Positions 1 through 12,390 are shown, counted from the whole stretch's first letter. The stretch is 62,560 nt of DNA, filler included, from 11 parts of 11 records of this genome joined end to end with filler, not necessarily neighbours in it; one strand, 5' to 3'. Notes: generated by a model from the letters alone, not told the origin. Numbers and translations: made by a program.

Positions 1-3000
1 AGCACCGGTCTGCTGAGCTTGCCTCAGATCCTCATCAAGGTTGCGCAGCTTGGCCTCGGCTTCAGCTGCTCTACAGTGCGCTTGCCTGAAGTCATCTTCA
101 AGCGATGAAGTCAGTTTGGAAGTCATCTCGTACTCCTGCCGCCACTTGGCCGCTTCCTCAGAGTTCCTCTTCGCTTGCACTCGGGCGGCTAGGATGGCGC
201 GTTGTTGTGCCCCAAGATATTGCATGGTCTCAGCCACAGTGTGGCAGCGCCAAGTCACAATCAGCCGCTCCACACGAACAGAGGTCTTGTGTATCACTGA
301 AGCCAGCAGAGCTCGCGACAGTGCAAGTTGGACCTTCGGTGTTTCACTCATCGATTGCTCTGGGCCTGGACGACTCCCAAATATACTTTGCGATAATGAC
401 TGAAACATTGACCTCTTCGCGCCGGGCGATCCAGAGTTTAGCCGCGCCTGCAGCGCCCCCGCCATGCCTTGCAGCTCCTCGGCCAGACCACTCAAGCTGT
501 TCAATTCCTGCTCTTGCACCTGGCAGCGCTGCTCAGCCTGTCTAAGACCCTGCTCCATGGCCAGGGTAGTTTGTCCTCCACGCTGAACAGCAGTTTTGGC
601 TTGTTCCAACTCGCTGCCCAGCGCATTCATATGCACCTTGGCAGCGCTGCTCTGCGCTTGAAGCCTATCAAGCGTATCTGTCTCGTGCGCCTGATCCTCT
701 CGTAGCCGCTCTAATGCGCGCACCCGATCCTGCTGCTCCAACCGGCTTGTGTTGAGCTGGGTCTCCAGAGTTGAATGCTCATGATCAGCTGTAGCTGCTG
801 CTGCCCTAGCAGCCTGGAGCTGTCCCTCTAGATGCTTGACAGTTGAACTCAACTCGTCGACCTCTGCACGCAGCGCCTTGACCTGGTCATCAGACGCTTT
901 GCAGTCATCCTGTGCACGCTGGAGCCAAGCCTGCAGCCCGGCTTGCTCTTCCATTGCTTCCAGCGCATTACTTTTGGCCTGACTCAGGCGTTTCTCGAGC
1001 CTCTGGGCGTCCAGCTTTAGCAGCTCATCATCTTTCTGAGTCCGCCGAAGCTCGGACTCAGCCAAGCTCCGTGCTTGCACAGCTGCAACAGCTTCAGCCC
1101 GGGTCTGATGCAGTTGTGCATCCATCTGCCCAACTGTGCCCTGCAGCCCGTCCACCCACGACTGCAACCTGCTCAGCTCCGCGCTGCTGGTGCTATACGC
1201 CTCCCTGACCTCATCCAGCTCCGCCCTGGAAGCTTTCAACTGCTCTGCAGCGCCAGCGCCCTCCTGGGTGGCTGCTGAGAGCGCTGCCTCTAGTTCGGAC
1301 ACTTTAGTATCGAGTTCACCCCGGATCGTACTCTGCTCTTGCCCCACACACTGCGCCTCAGCCTTCAACTGAGAGAGCTCCGCCTCAAAGCCCTGGGTCG
1401 CCAACTCGGCCTCATCCTTTGCCGCCTGTAGCTGCAGATCCGCTCGCGTTCTGGACTCCTCCAGCTGCGCATCATAACTCTGAGCTTTGAGCTCAGCATC
1501 CGCCCTTTCCAGCCCCAGCTGTTCATTTGCTCCTGTCAACCCCGCCTCGAGCGCCGATCGCGCCGCCTCTGTCCTGGCCAGCTCGCCCTGGGCCAGCTCC
1601 AGCTGCTCAGCCACAGTCTGGTGCATCTGTGTCGCCTTCATCCCCTCAGCCTGAGCCTCTGCCAAGTGGCTCCCAAGCTCTCGCACCATCTTCTCCAGCC
1701 GCTCCACCTTGGTATGCAGCTGGCCCGCCTCCTGGGTGTGCATATACGACTCGGCCTGTGCGCGCTCCTCATTCTCTGTAGCACTCCTTTCAGCTAGCAT
1801 CAGTCCATTCACCGCATGTGCAGCATCCGATTGGGCGCTCTCAATCTGTGCTTGGGCCTCCGCCAGCTCGGCCTCGAAAGTGCCTCGAATCCCATCGGAC
1901 CACTCTTGCAGCTCTTGTAGAATAGCCTCCCGCTGCTCGCCGTCCTGCTTGGCCTGGGCCAGCTCGGCCTCCATTTCTGCGGCCGTACCCTCCAGTCCAG
2001 CTGCCCACGCCTCCAGGCTCTGCAATACCACCGCCTGCTGGCTGCACTGCTCCTGCGCACGGTTGAGCTCTCCAGCCACCAGGGAGAACGACTTCAGCGC
2101 CAGCGCCGAGCCCTCCTGGGTCTCGACCACTCGAATGAGCTCAGCCTGCAGGCTGGCAACTCGTGGGTCGACCGCTTCCACCTTTCGCTGGAGAGAGCTC
2201 ATCACCGCCACCAGTGCCGCGCACTCATCCCGCGCCTCTGTGCAGCGCGCCTCCATCTGGGTGCGCCCCTGCACTGCACTGGCACTCGTGCTCCTCGCCT
2301 GGTTGAGCTGAGCTTCCAGTTTGAGCACCGTGCCTTGCAGCCCCTTCAGCTTGCCCAGCTCGTCAGCCTGCACCTGGCGCTGGCCCCTAAGTTGGTTCAA
2401 CTCGGCCTCAACCGTCCGCCGCTCATCCAGCAGCCGCCCCGCCTCCGCCTCTGCCCTGACTGCCCTCTCCTCAAGCTCGGTGGCGCTGCTCTGCACTCCC
2501 TCTGCCTGCGCCTGAGCCGCACTCCGCGCCCTCCCGAGCGCCTGCACCCGCTCTTCCACCTGAGCCAGCGCGGCCAGCGCGGCGTCCCGCTCCAGCCTCG
2601 CTTGCTGCAGCTCCGACTCGAGCTCTTCGATAGCAGAGTACAGCCCACCGAGCATGTCTTCTCTCTGCTCGCACTCGCTCTTGGCCTGGCCGATCTGGGC
2701 GAGCTCCTGGTCCATCCGGCTGACCGTCTGCTTGAGCTGGTCGGCCTGGGTGTGCACAGAGCCCAACATCTCCTCCCTGGCTCGCACCTCCTCTTCGCTC
2801 TGCCGCAGCTTCCCCTCCAGCACAGCTCGTTCCTGCTCCAGCTCGGCCGCCCGCGCATTCGCCTGCACCAGCTGCAGCTGTAGCCCGTGCGACGGGTCGC
2901 CCGGCTGGCTCTGCACCACCTGCTTGGCCCCGGCCGCCCATCCGGCGTCTGCGCGCGCCGCCTCAAGCATCCCCCCCAGCTCAGCCACCGCCGCGCCGAG

Positions 3001-3589
3001 CTCTCTGGCCTGAGCCTCCAGCCCGGCCGCCGCCCCACTGTCGGCCCCGGGCTCGCTGGCCGCCAGCTGGATGGCTTGCTCGGTCCACTCCCGGCTGGCC
3101 TGGGCCTGGGCCAGCAGCCCTTCCAGCTGGGCGGCCATCCGATTCAGCTCGCCCTCGCGCGCCCCCAGACCGTCCACCGCCGCCTGGACCTGGCTGGCCT
3201 CCTCCGCCATCTCCGCGGCCGCCGCGCCAGCCTCGGCCCGGGCCCGCTCCAGCTCCAGCTCGCCCACCCGCGCCCGGAGACCGTTGGCCCGCTCCTCCAG
3301 CGACCGCCGCTCGGATGCCAGCTTGACCACGTCGGCCAGAGACAACAGCACAGCCCCACCCGGAGCGTACCCCGGCTCGATCGCCCCCATTTGGGCGAGG
3401 GCCGAGATAGCAGCCCGGTGGCGCCAGTCGGCCAGCAGCCGGCGGGGCCGCTCCTCGCCGGCTAGGACCGCCTGCAGCGCCAGCGAGGCCCGGGCCACTC
3501 GACGGACCCCCTGCGCGATCCCCAGTCAGCCACCCTGGCGAAGGCCGGCGAGCCACCTCCAGCCTGCGCGCCGCGTCGTCGTCGCTCAT
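1..3589 (-). CDS. Giant coiled-coil protein, 3'-truncated at window edge (>1100 aa)
   Basis: ATG at 3589 (MSDDDAARRLE), one short GT-AG intron, then a long E/Q/A/L/R-rich heptad frame (e.g. AVDGLGAREGELNRMAAQLE) running toward position 1. It is absent from the ORF track, consistent with having no stop in the window. Confidence 0.8.
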
Positions 3590-3697
3590 CCCTCCCTGCG
3601 CGCCAACATGGTCATCACACTACGCTGACCATGTATCTCAAGACACATTTTCGTGGGCTCTTGCCGTTGTGCAATCGCACACACGCGGTGAGCAGCA

Positions 3698-6688
3698 ATG
3701 CCGCTGCTTCTGCACGAGCAGGACTATGACTGGTCGCTGCTCGAGTCACTGGACGAGCCGCGGCCCGTCCCCGTCCCGACTGGCTCCGACGACGACTTCT
3801 TCGCGGCGGCCCAGGCGGCCATTGACGTCTCCTTCGAGGTGTTCAACAAGCACGATGCGGACGACAGCGGCGCCATAGACGCCCAGGAGCTCTCCACCGT
3901 GACGCTCTCGGCGCTACAGGCGCTCGGGTCTCAGGTTCCTCCCGACATGGAGCAGGTGCGCCTCAGCGGCCAGGGGCTAGGGGTAGCTAGTGCGGTGCCT
4001 GGCTCTCGGCAGCCCGCAGGGACGCTGGGCTGAGCCGGTGGGGCGGCAGAAGCTGACTGGGGAGGGCCGCGTGGAGTTCATCCGCAAGTCGATGGACCGG
4101 TTTGACAAGGACAACAACGGCACCATAGAGTTCCCCGAGTGCGGGCCCGGCCACGCGCCCCAGTTCAGCCGGCCGCAGGTTCCTGCAGATGCTCTGCACC
4201 GCGCCGTTCCGGTCGCTGCTGCCCAAGGGTGCGCGGTCGGGCCATTGGCTGGTCCAGCTGGGCGTGCAGGCGGGATCCGGGAGAAGATGCCGGAACTAGT
4301 GATTAAGGGCAGCCACCTGCTCCCAAACAACGGGCGGAAGAAGCAGAATGTCCCACCGGAGCAGCGGGTGCTCGAGCTGGCCCAGACCATCTTCGAGGAG
4401 GCCGACGCCGACCGGAGCGGCCAAGTGGACAGCGGTGCCGGATCCGGCGGGTGGGCCGGTGAGGGCGGGCCAGATGAGATGCCGCAGCTGATTAAAACTT
4501 TCTTCCACGAATGCAACAAGAAGCTGCCGCACGACATCCAAGAGAATCTGGCCGACGTGACCAAGGAGACCATGGAGCGATTTGATAAGTGCGGTTGCCT
4601 GCTGGCGGGCCGCTGATAAGGTTGCAGGGACAAGACAGGCACGCTGGACTTTAATGAGTTTATCTCAATGCTGTGCACTCCTCCGTGGAAGGTGACCAGC
4701 CAACTAGCTAGCCGGCCGATAGGCTGCTCAGGGACTGCTTCCGGCCGATTTACGCGAAGCAGTCGCAAAGCTTGTCTTTTCGCGGCCCAACACGCGCCAA
4801 CCTCCTCGGGTCAAAAAGCCCAAACAGAAGCTTCCTGGTGCCCCCCTTGCAGCCGGGCCTGACGCGCGACAGGCCCGGACGAGGCGATGACACTCGCCAA
4901 GCAGCTGTTCGAGGAGGCGGATGCTGACGGTGCGGAGGCAGGATCACTCACAGATACTAAGAGCAGCTGACAGGCTCTGGATTCCTGGATCAGAACGAAG
5001 TCAAGGTCCTTGGCGAGAAGTTGGTGGCAAAGATGAGCGCCGGCAAGCAGCAGCCGCCCAAGGAGCTGACGCGCTTCGAGCCGATCGCGGCAAGCCGGTC
5101 GTTCGACGACGACGATGACGGCACGCTCAACTTTGACGAGTGCGGCCTAGGGGCGGTCTGGCGGGAGTCTGGGCAGGTTCCTGGCGATGATCACCCAGCC
5201 GCCGTGGAGTGGGCTGATCTCGGCTTCGGTGTGCGACGCGCTCAAGCAGCGGCTGGCGGCCAAGGTGGACGGGCTGGTGGGCCGATCGAGCGTTTGACAG
5301 GTGAAGTTCAATCCAGCTCCCAAGCGCTCGACTGCTGCTGAGAGGGCGCTGGCCGTGGTGGGTGGGTCGATAAGCTCGAGGTGGATGGGTGCGGGCAGGC
5401 TAAACAGCTGTTTGAAGCCGGGGATGCGGACAAGTCGGGCGCGTTGGACAGTGGCGAGCTGGGTAAACTAATCCTGCAGATGTTCGACAGGTGGCTGAGC
5501 CTGGCCGAGCTGTTGTAAGCCGAGCTGCCAGGTTCAACAAGCCAGTGCCGTTCGATCTGAAGCAAGACATGGATAAGACAGTCCTGAAAGCCATGGCTCG
5601 GTTCGATGTCGACAACAATGGCACGCTCGAGTTCAACGAGTTCTGTCAAATGCTCTGCTGCCAGCCGTTCAGGGGTCTGCTCCCGCCCAAGGTGCGAAAG
5701 GAGATGCCGCGGCTAGTGATGCAAAACGGCCCGCCGCCGATGCCGCGGCTCAACAAGCCCAAGGGGGATGAGTTGGAGCAGCTGACCAAGATGCCTTTGA
5801 CCGACTTGCTGCTGGCACTCGGGATGGAGATGTACGCACCCCGATTCAACCAGGAGCAGTTCCTGACGGTGGGCGACCTGCTCGAGCTGGCGTTCAAGCT
5901 CATCCCTGAGGACTTTGTGGAGCTGGGCATCACAAACCCGCGGCATCAGGAGCGGCTGCTCCAGGTGACCCCCGACCTGCCTTGCGTGACAGGGGCGCCA
6001 GGTGATCCGTTCCGGCAACCCTCTGATGGTAGTCGAGCAGCAGCGGCAGCTGCAGGCACAGTTCTCCTCGCTGGACGGATTTGAGCGGGTGCGCTCGCGG
6101 CTGCGGAGCTGCAGGCTCACTCGGGGGCAGCTGGACGCTGGATCGTCCGGGTTCTCCGCATCCAAGCCGGCACCTCGGCGCAACCCGCACCCCAATCTAC
6201 GGCTGCCTGGCTGCCCAGGGCGCAACCCCAAACGGTGCTCATCGGCCTCTCCCTGCCGCAAGCCCTATAGGTCTCCGTGTGCGCCGGTGCGTGCACCTCA
6301 TCGGGCTGTCCCAAGGCAGCGGCGACCAGAGGAGAGTGCAAAGGTGCTCAAGGGCTGAGGCGAGGTCGATCGTGTGGGCAGATGGAGTGGAGCATGGGTT
6401 TGCCAGCGAGCAGGGAGCCTGGGCCAGATGGACGGCCGGTCAATTCAGCCTGGTGACTGCCAGTGCTGCCCTAGATGACGCGCAGTGGGTGCTAGGTATG
6501 ATCGTACGGGCTTTACCAGGCTGAAAAGCAGGATGAGTGTAATTGACCGACCAAGGAATCCAAAGGACCTGGTGAACGCACACGACTCTAATGTCTGGCG
6601 TTTCATGATAGATAACGAAAACCGAGGGTACCGGCTACCTCCCGAACCTCTCGAACATAATCGACCATACAACTTTGCCCCGTGTTGA
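3698..6688 (+). CDS. Multi-EF-hand protein (4 repeated EF-hand pair modules) with C-terminal SAM domain; many mini-introns
   Basis: Spliced loops DADDSGAIDAQE, DKDNNGTIEFPE, DADRSGQVDSDE, DKDKTGTLDFNE, DADGSGFLDQNE, DDDDDGTLNFDE, DADKSGALDSGE, DVDNNGTLEFNE. SAM-like segment LLLALGMEMYAPRF...EDFVELGITNPRHQERLL. The 3' end at 6688 is less certain. Confidence 0.8.
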
Positions 6689-6707
6689 AGCACCCACCTA
6701 ACTACTC

Positions 6708-6807
6708 NNNNNNNNNNNNNNNNNNNNNNNNNNNNNNNNNNNNNNNNNNNNTTAATTAATTAANNNNNNNNNNNNNNNNNNNNNNNNNNNNNNNNNNNNN
6801 NNNNNNN
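6708..6807. other. Artificial contig linker (44N-TTAATTAATTAA-44N). Identical linkers at 10823-10922, 13924-14023, 18795-18894, 27887-27986, 32393-32492, 36112-36211, 40988-41087, 46657-46756, 58487-58586
   Basis: Identical 100-bp structure ten times, with stops in all six frames. Genes are cut at these points. Confidence 0.99.
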
Positions 6808-7040
6808 TCTAAACTATACGCCTACCGCAGTCGCCGTGTATTGTACGTACTTAGGCCTTACCTGCACTAAGTCTTGTTGTATTGAATACTTGTAATAGTG
6901 ATACCCGTAGAAAAATATTTATTATGACAGGAGCGTGGTCTGAGTATCGGAGTAACAATTATAACCACGAGCACTACACGACCACGGCTAGAGAGTGCAT
7001 GATTGACCAAATGTCGCATCAGATTAGCTTGGAATCAGCA

Positions 7041-8840
7041 TCATGGTAAGCTGGCGTTCGGCCGGTGTAGCAAGTAGAAGGTGTTCGCTGCAGTCCAATG
7101 GTAGTCCCGTACCCCACCGGACGAAGGGCTGTCTTTGCGTTGCAGGAAGGGCGGTTCAACCAGATCGTTGCTGTCGTAAAACTCGAACACAGTGCCCCAT
7201 CTGGCGTACTTTTCGGCCACCATCTCCACAGTGGCTCGCTGCAGCCGCTCGGCGGCCTCCAGTGCACCGGGGACGTGAGAGTATCGACGCAAGCCCCACA
7301 CGATGAATAAGTTTGTATTGGTCCAAGTGGGCCGGCGCCACATGTTGGTGGAGCTGCTAGGGCAGGCTGCTGTCACATAGTCCATCCCGACGGTCGGCAC
7401 TGGCATCTTGCTCGCAAATTTCCGCGGGTCATTCAAGTGGCCAATCAGCGCCTGCACACGAGCGTCGCTCACGCCTGGCAGCAAAAGCGGCGCAAATCCA
7501 CTTGTGGTGGGCACTCTGACAAAGTCTTTGGTGTCTGTGGCCCGATAGTAGTAAAACTGGTCAGTGCTGTCCCAGAGCTGCGAGTGAATCGCTTCGATGG
7601 TTCTGTTCGCCTTGTCTGCCCAGAACTGGGCACCGGTCTGGTTCCCCAGAATCGTATTGAACTGGCTCAGATAAAGCATTTCCAATCCGACATACACGCT
7701 GAACTCCGTCGAATCCATCCGCAAGGCTTCGGCATGCGGCGAGTCAAACAGCGGCGAATTGTCTAGCCCGGACTCGGTCCCCTGGTGCCAGCTGAGCAGC
7801 CCATCCCCGTCCAGGTCCCGATTCCGAAAGTCCCATTCGATATACTTCTCGAGCTTTGGCACCGCCCAGGCCAGCTGTGACTGGTTTAGCCCGCCCGCGT
7901 TCCAGACAAACTTTGTGGCCAGGCACAGCAGCGGCGGCTGGGTGTCCCCTGACTTGCCACCGTCCCACGGCTCCGCTTGGATAGGGACATGTCCGTCATC
8001 GGCTGCGTTGACCAGCATCGCGTGCAGGAATTCCCAGGCCATTTCAGGCTCGACTACTTGCCGTCCTATCGCGTGGAAGCAGCTGTCCCAAAGCCACATC
8101 GCCTGATGCGGCACCTTGTCAGGCGTGCTCCAGTGCGTGGCGCATGTGCCCTCGGCCGCCAGGGTGTTGACTCTCATCACTGAGAAAGCCTTGGCTGACA
8201 GCCTGGCCAGGTCAGCAGTGCCTGCCTGCAGCGAGGGAGCAGGCAACCGGCCCAAAGGAGCCAACCGCGCCGAGGCGACCGCATCGACGGCCTCTCGAGT
8301 GCTGTGCGCTTCCAGGGCGGCGGCCGCGGTTGAGCCTGAGGTGCCTTCCCCAAACGCCATCGCAAAGACCCCATCGGCGCCCCGGCAGAGGCTCAAGCTC
8401 CGTCCGGCCGGGCTACAGCCGGGCGGGCTGGGTGGTTGGGCCTCCGGCTGGTCGCAGCTCAGGTCGACCTCGGGGGCATAGCCGACCAGCACGTTCCGAG
8501 CAGCATACGCGAGCACCAGCGACAGCTCGGTCGAGTTGATGGCCAGCACGTCCGAGGAGGCCACCAGCACTGTGCCGTTGCGGCCGCCGCCCAGCCCGGT
8601 CACCAGATTGCACCGGCCGTAGTTGACTGCATACCGGGTGGGCGTGAGCAATCCAGTGAATCCCGAGCCTTCCATGGTCGGCCCGTCGGCCCCGGAGAAT
8701 GCGAACAGATGCGACGAGTGCCCGAGCGCCGGCCCGTACGCCCCGCCGCCCCAGACGTTGGGCACGTGCTGCGGGATGGCAATCGACGCCGTCCCACAAG
8801 CAGCGTAGCAGAGCAGCAGCAGTGCGGGCACCATGTGCAT
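7041..8840 (-). CDS. Secreted MGH1-like/GH63-type (alpha/alpha)6 glycoside hydrolase, intronless
   Basis: 599-aa ORF with signal peptide. Motifs WLWDSCFH, TQPP, ESGLDNSP, LWD..DQFYY, TVFEFYD, YHWTAA. Confidence 0.85.
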   Translation of the reverse strand: MHMVPALLLLCYAACGTASIAIPQHVPNVWGGGAYGPALGHSSHLFAFSGADGPTMEGSGFTGLLTPTRYAVNYGRCNLVTGLGGGRNGTVLVASSDVLAINSTELSLVLAYAARNVLVGYAPEVDLSCDQPEAQPPSPPGCSPAGRSLSLCRGADGVFAMAFGEGTSGSTAAAALEAHSTREAVDAVASARLAPLGRLPAPSLQAGTADLARLSAKAFSVMRVNTLAAEGTCATHWSTPDKVPHQAMWLWDSCFHAIGRQVVEPEMAWEFLHAMLVNAADDGHVPIQAEPWDGGKSGDTQPPLLCLATKFVWNAGGLNQSQLAWAVPKLEKYIEWDFRNRDLDGDGLLSWHQGTESGLDNSPLFDSPHAEALRMDSTEFSVYVGLEMLYLSQFNTILGNQTGAQFWADKANRTIEAIHSQLWDSTDQFYYYRATDTKDFVRVPTTSGFAPLLLPGVSDARVQALIGHLNDPRKFASKMPVPTVGMDYVTAACPSSSTNMWRRPTWTNTNLFIVWGLRRYSHVPGALEAAERLQRATVEMVAEKYARWGTVFEFYDSNDLVEPPFLQRKDSPSSGGVRDYHWTAANTFYLLHRPNASLP

Positions 8841-8900
8841 TTAAATAACGGAAGCGAGAGGGCGTTGGGCGACGCTGTGTGTACTCTCAGGCTGACCTGC

Positions 8901-9320
8901 ATGGCCGCCGGTGCGAGCGAGGGGGCGGCGCTGCTCACGCTGGTGGCCTCGCACCTGATCCAATCGACCAAGGAGCCGGCGGTCCTCCGGCGGATCGACA
9001 GGACCCTCAAGGCGCTCGGGCGGTCGGTGGGCGACCGGCTGGCGGCCCGGGAGGACCATCCGGCGCTGCGGGCCGAGATAGCCGAGCTCAAGCGGCAGAT
9101 TCAGCTCGAGTGCGAACGGGCCGAGCAGGAGGCTCGCGCGCAGGAGGGTGGCAGGAGGCGGGGCCGCCGCAAAACTGTCACACTGGAGGTGCCGCCAGGC
9201 GTGCGGCCGGGCGACACGGTAGCGGTCAATCTCGGGGAGGGGCGGCCGATGGAGCGAGTGGAGGTGCCAGAGGGGCTGGAGCCGGGCGATAGGTTCAAGG
9301 TGCGGATTGGAAACGACTGA
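8901..9320 (+). CDS. Small hypothetical protein with helical N-terminus and tandem 'VPxGxxPGD' motifs
   Basis: ATG at 8901. C-terminus LEVPPGVRPGDTVAV...VEVPEGLEPGDRFKV. Confidence 0.6.
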   Translation: MAAGASEGAALLTLVASHLIQSTKEPAVLRRIDRTLKALGRSVGDRLAAREDHPALRAEIAELKRQIQLECERAEQEARAQEGGRRRGRRKTVTLEVPPGVRPGDTVAVNLGEGRPMERVEVPEGLEPGDRFKVRIGND

Positions 9321-9483
9321 CTGCTGCCGGGCTCAGCTAGCTCGGATATTATAGCCGCCGATAGTGGTCGGACTCTACTCGTACTTAGTCTACTATAAGT
9401 TGTTATTATACTAGTAAACCTGCTGCGTGTGCTCCATACGCCACATATAAGCGATCTATGTAGAGTCCAAAGCAATTGCGAGT

Positions 9484-10822
9484 TTATTTTGTCAAAGTGA
9501 ATGTATCTTTGATCTTGCCCGAATCCGATAGCACGTAATCCCATCTCATATGCGTCCTATTCAGCACATGCAGTACGCCCGTGCCCCACTCATCCCCATC
9601 AGCAAACGCCGTCCAGTTAGCCAGCGAGCTCGGCACGCCGCCTTCTCCCTCGTCGTTCCCCGCTCCCCCGACGAGAACATACACAGGAGCGTTGTCCGCT
9701 GGACTAGACCGATACACCGGGCGCGATCGAGAGTACGAGTGAATGTGGCCACAAAAGTAGACGTCCACCTCATACCGCTGGAACAGCTCCTCGACCGCAT
9801 CGGCCAGGGCGCCGCCCCTTTCCTTGGCCCCATACACCGGCCTGTGCCCTCCTGCAAACACCCACGGCCTCTCTGCCCGTGAGGCGTTGGCTGCCCGCAG
9901 GTCTGCCTCCAGCCAGGCCAGATACTCGCCGGCCCGCCCAAACCCGCCCGCCGGGATGAGCCCCGAGTCTCCGTGAGAGGACTCCACAGCCCCAGGGAAA
10001 TCTGTCTCCGTGTTGATGCTCACGAAATGGGCCGGCCCATAGTCCCACGAGTACCACATGTTGGACCGGCCGGCGCTGGCCTCGAACGGCATCCGCCATC
10101 GCTTGTTGTACGCGCTGAAGTTGCTCAGACTATCCCGGAGCTTGGAATCGGCCAGGCATGCGGGGGAGTGGCACTCGCTCTCATGGTTCCCAACCGCTAC
10201 CATGTACGGCTTGGAGGCCGATATGTTCTCTATCCAGTTCATGAACCCATCGTACACATTTTCGTACCCGAAACCTGTGTAATCGTGCAGAAAGGCGTCG
10301 TCGGCGTAAGCGATGTCTCCCAGATGCCACACAAAGTCCACCTGAGCCTTGATCAGCTCGAGCTGCCGCCGCGTAGAGACGGCCTTGCCGTTCTCCCCGT
10401 ACCCCCAGTCTCCAAACACCGAGGCGCTGAACCCACCTGACACGGGAGCGGCTTTGAAGCTGTAGACTGGGCTGGCCTGATCTGCCGGGCTGCTCCCGTT
10501 CCCAGCCTGATAGTAATAAACTGCCCCGGGCGCCAGCTCGGTGAGCGTGACGTGGTGGTGCCAACTCCCATCCAGGTAGCTCACCTTATCCCCGCTCTTC
10601 TCCCGGTTCAGCCGGTCCGGCGCCTCCCCGTACCGCACCACAGTGCCAGCATCGGCGCTCCCGGTGTGCCAGCTGACCGTCATGGCCCCAGGCCCGCCGA
10701 ACGCTATGTGCAGCTGGTTGGGCCGAGTCGGGTACTCGGCCGACTCGCACCGGCTGGGGTCGGTGATCTGCGCGATGGCCGAGCACTTGTTGGATAGGCT
10801 GCCTTCCGCGTGGCAGTGCTGG
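9484..10822 (-). CDS. Purple acid phosphatase (metallophosphoesterase), 5'-truncated
   Basis: Metal-binding motifs GDWG, GDIAYAD, GNHE, GHRP, GHIH. FN3-like N-domain (MTVSWHT...HHVTLTELAPGAVYYY). The frame stays open to the contig edge. Confidence 0.93.
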
Positions 10823-10922
10823 NNNNNNNNNNNNNNNNNNNNNNNNNNNNNNNNNNNNNNNNNNNNTTAATTAATTAANNNNNNNNNNNNNNNNNNNNNN
10901 NNNNNNNNNNNNNNNNNNNNNN

Positions 10923-11455
10923 AACAGGATCGAGGGCGAGCACACCATCTCGCACGCTATAGACACCCGCTTCCGCTCCCCACCGGAGCAGCCCCGGCCC
11001 CCGCGAGGGTTAACCACCGTGTGCCGGCAGTGGGTCAGCCCCAGCTGGCCGATCAGCGAATCCACTTTGGCCTCGATGGCCGGACCGCTTAGCGCCAGCC
11101 GGAGCCGTGCGTGGAATCTGATCACCTCCTGGACAGTCAGGCTGACCGGCAGCACATCGTCCTGCGTGACGTACGCCATACGGCTCTTGAGGTAGCTACC
11201 GCCGGGTCGGCCATTGAACAGTACCCGGCCCGCCCGGTCCCCGCTGAACCGGCCTGAGAGCACGTTCAGAAGGGAGGTCTTCCCGCAGCCGGTCGGGCCC
11301 ATTATAGCCAAGATCCGGCCGCCGCGGGCCACGCCGCTGACTCGGTGCAGCACCTGCTTCCGGGCAGGCGTCACAAAGGCGTCCACGTGCTGGAAGGAGA
11401 TGTCGTAGTGGGCCGCAGCCGGCTCCGGCTCCGGAGGGTCTTTCAAAGCCCCCAT
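10923..11455 (-). CDS. ABCG/White-family transporter NBD, 3'-truncated
   Basis: Walker A GPTGCGKT, AYVTQDD, signature CSGGERKRVSIA. Confidence 0.92.
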
Positions 11456-11776
11456 GTGACTCGAGCCTGCTGCGCACGGACAGCGCGTGAATGATCTCCG
11501 ACGACCAACAAGGTCAAGTTTTTAGAGACCGAGTTGTACCAACGAACCGTGTACAGTACAGGTACCCGCGCGCAGGCTCTCAGCTTCGAGCACTGCATGA
11601 GACCTCAGTATGGATTATGCCACGTTGTTTTGAACTATGATTTATTCATTGCTTCGTCCCCTAGTCCGAGATCGTCGCACACATCGTCATTCGAACCAAA
11701 TGAAACCTGGAACAATTGTTAAACACAATTCGGCAACAACCGAGAGCACACTGATGCTTTAGACTAAGTGCAGTAA

Positions 11777-12349
11777 TTAAAGTCTCACCTCGGAGCCCTT
11801 GTCACTCTCGCCCCCTTCGTCATCTTCGTCGTCGTCGGCCAATTGCATTGGATTGAACGAAAATTGAGTCGTTTGAGGCTCTGTGGGTGTTGGCGTGCAA
11901 GGGCTTGGCTCGCTCAGAGCTACGACTAGTGGAGAGTCGACACTACTCGGGGTCCCAAGAGCAGGCATCTCAAACACCTGCGGCAGCTGACATACAGGCA
12001 CTAGATACCCACGGTCACCTGCACGTCGGAAGTGCTCGGACGCGTCACGACTGGTGGAGGCCGATGCCGGATCGCAGCAAAATCTACCCCTACCGAGCGC
12101 TCCTCTGCGGCTAGTATCCGCTCGAGCGACCGGCCGCACACCAGTGGGACGGGCATGCCCCACCTCAGCAGGCGACGGACAGCCTGCGCGGAGCCCTGGA
12201 AGGGGTGTGTCGGTACCGCTTTGGGAGCCGTTGGTGTGACAAGCCGGCTGGGCCAGCCTGTTTAGCATGCACACAACTAGCGAACTGGTTTCGAGGGTTG
12301 GGACAATCGCAGGGTGCATATCCTCGTATACAACAAACGCTTTTAACAT
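11777..12349 (-). CDS. Possible small hypothetical protein with acidic C-terminus
   Basis: Open frame from ATG 12349 ending DDDEDDEGGESDKGSEVRL. No recognisable family. Confidence 0.3.
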   Translation of the reverse strand: MLKAFVVYEDMHPAIVPTLETSSLVVCMLNRLAQPACHTNGSQSGTDTPLPGLRAGCPSPAEVGHARPTGVRPVARADTSRRGALGRGRFCCDPASASTSRDASEHFRRAGDRGYLVPVCQLPQVFEMPALGTPSSVDSPLVVALSEPSPCTPTPTEPQTTQFSFNPMQLADDDEDDEGGESDKGSEVRL

Positions 12350-12390
12350 TTGACAATTGAGCGGGTTCAGGCGTCTTACAGGCGTAGACC

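Noticed and set aside
41-3628. Many overlapping + strand ORFs rich in Ser/Ala/Cys or Leu/His
   Set aside because: They are antisense shadows of the GC-rich coiled-coil gene on the minus strand.
10721-10747. Inverted repeat GGCCGAGTCGGGTACTCGGCCGACTC
   Set aside because: It lies within the open phosphatase frame and is likely chance in GC-rich coding DNA.
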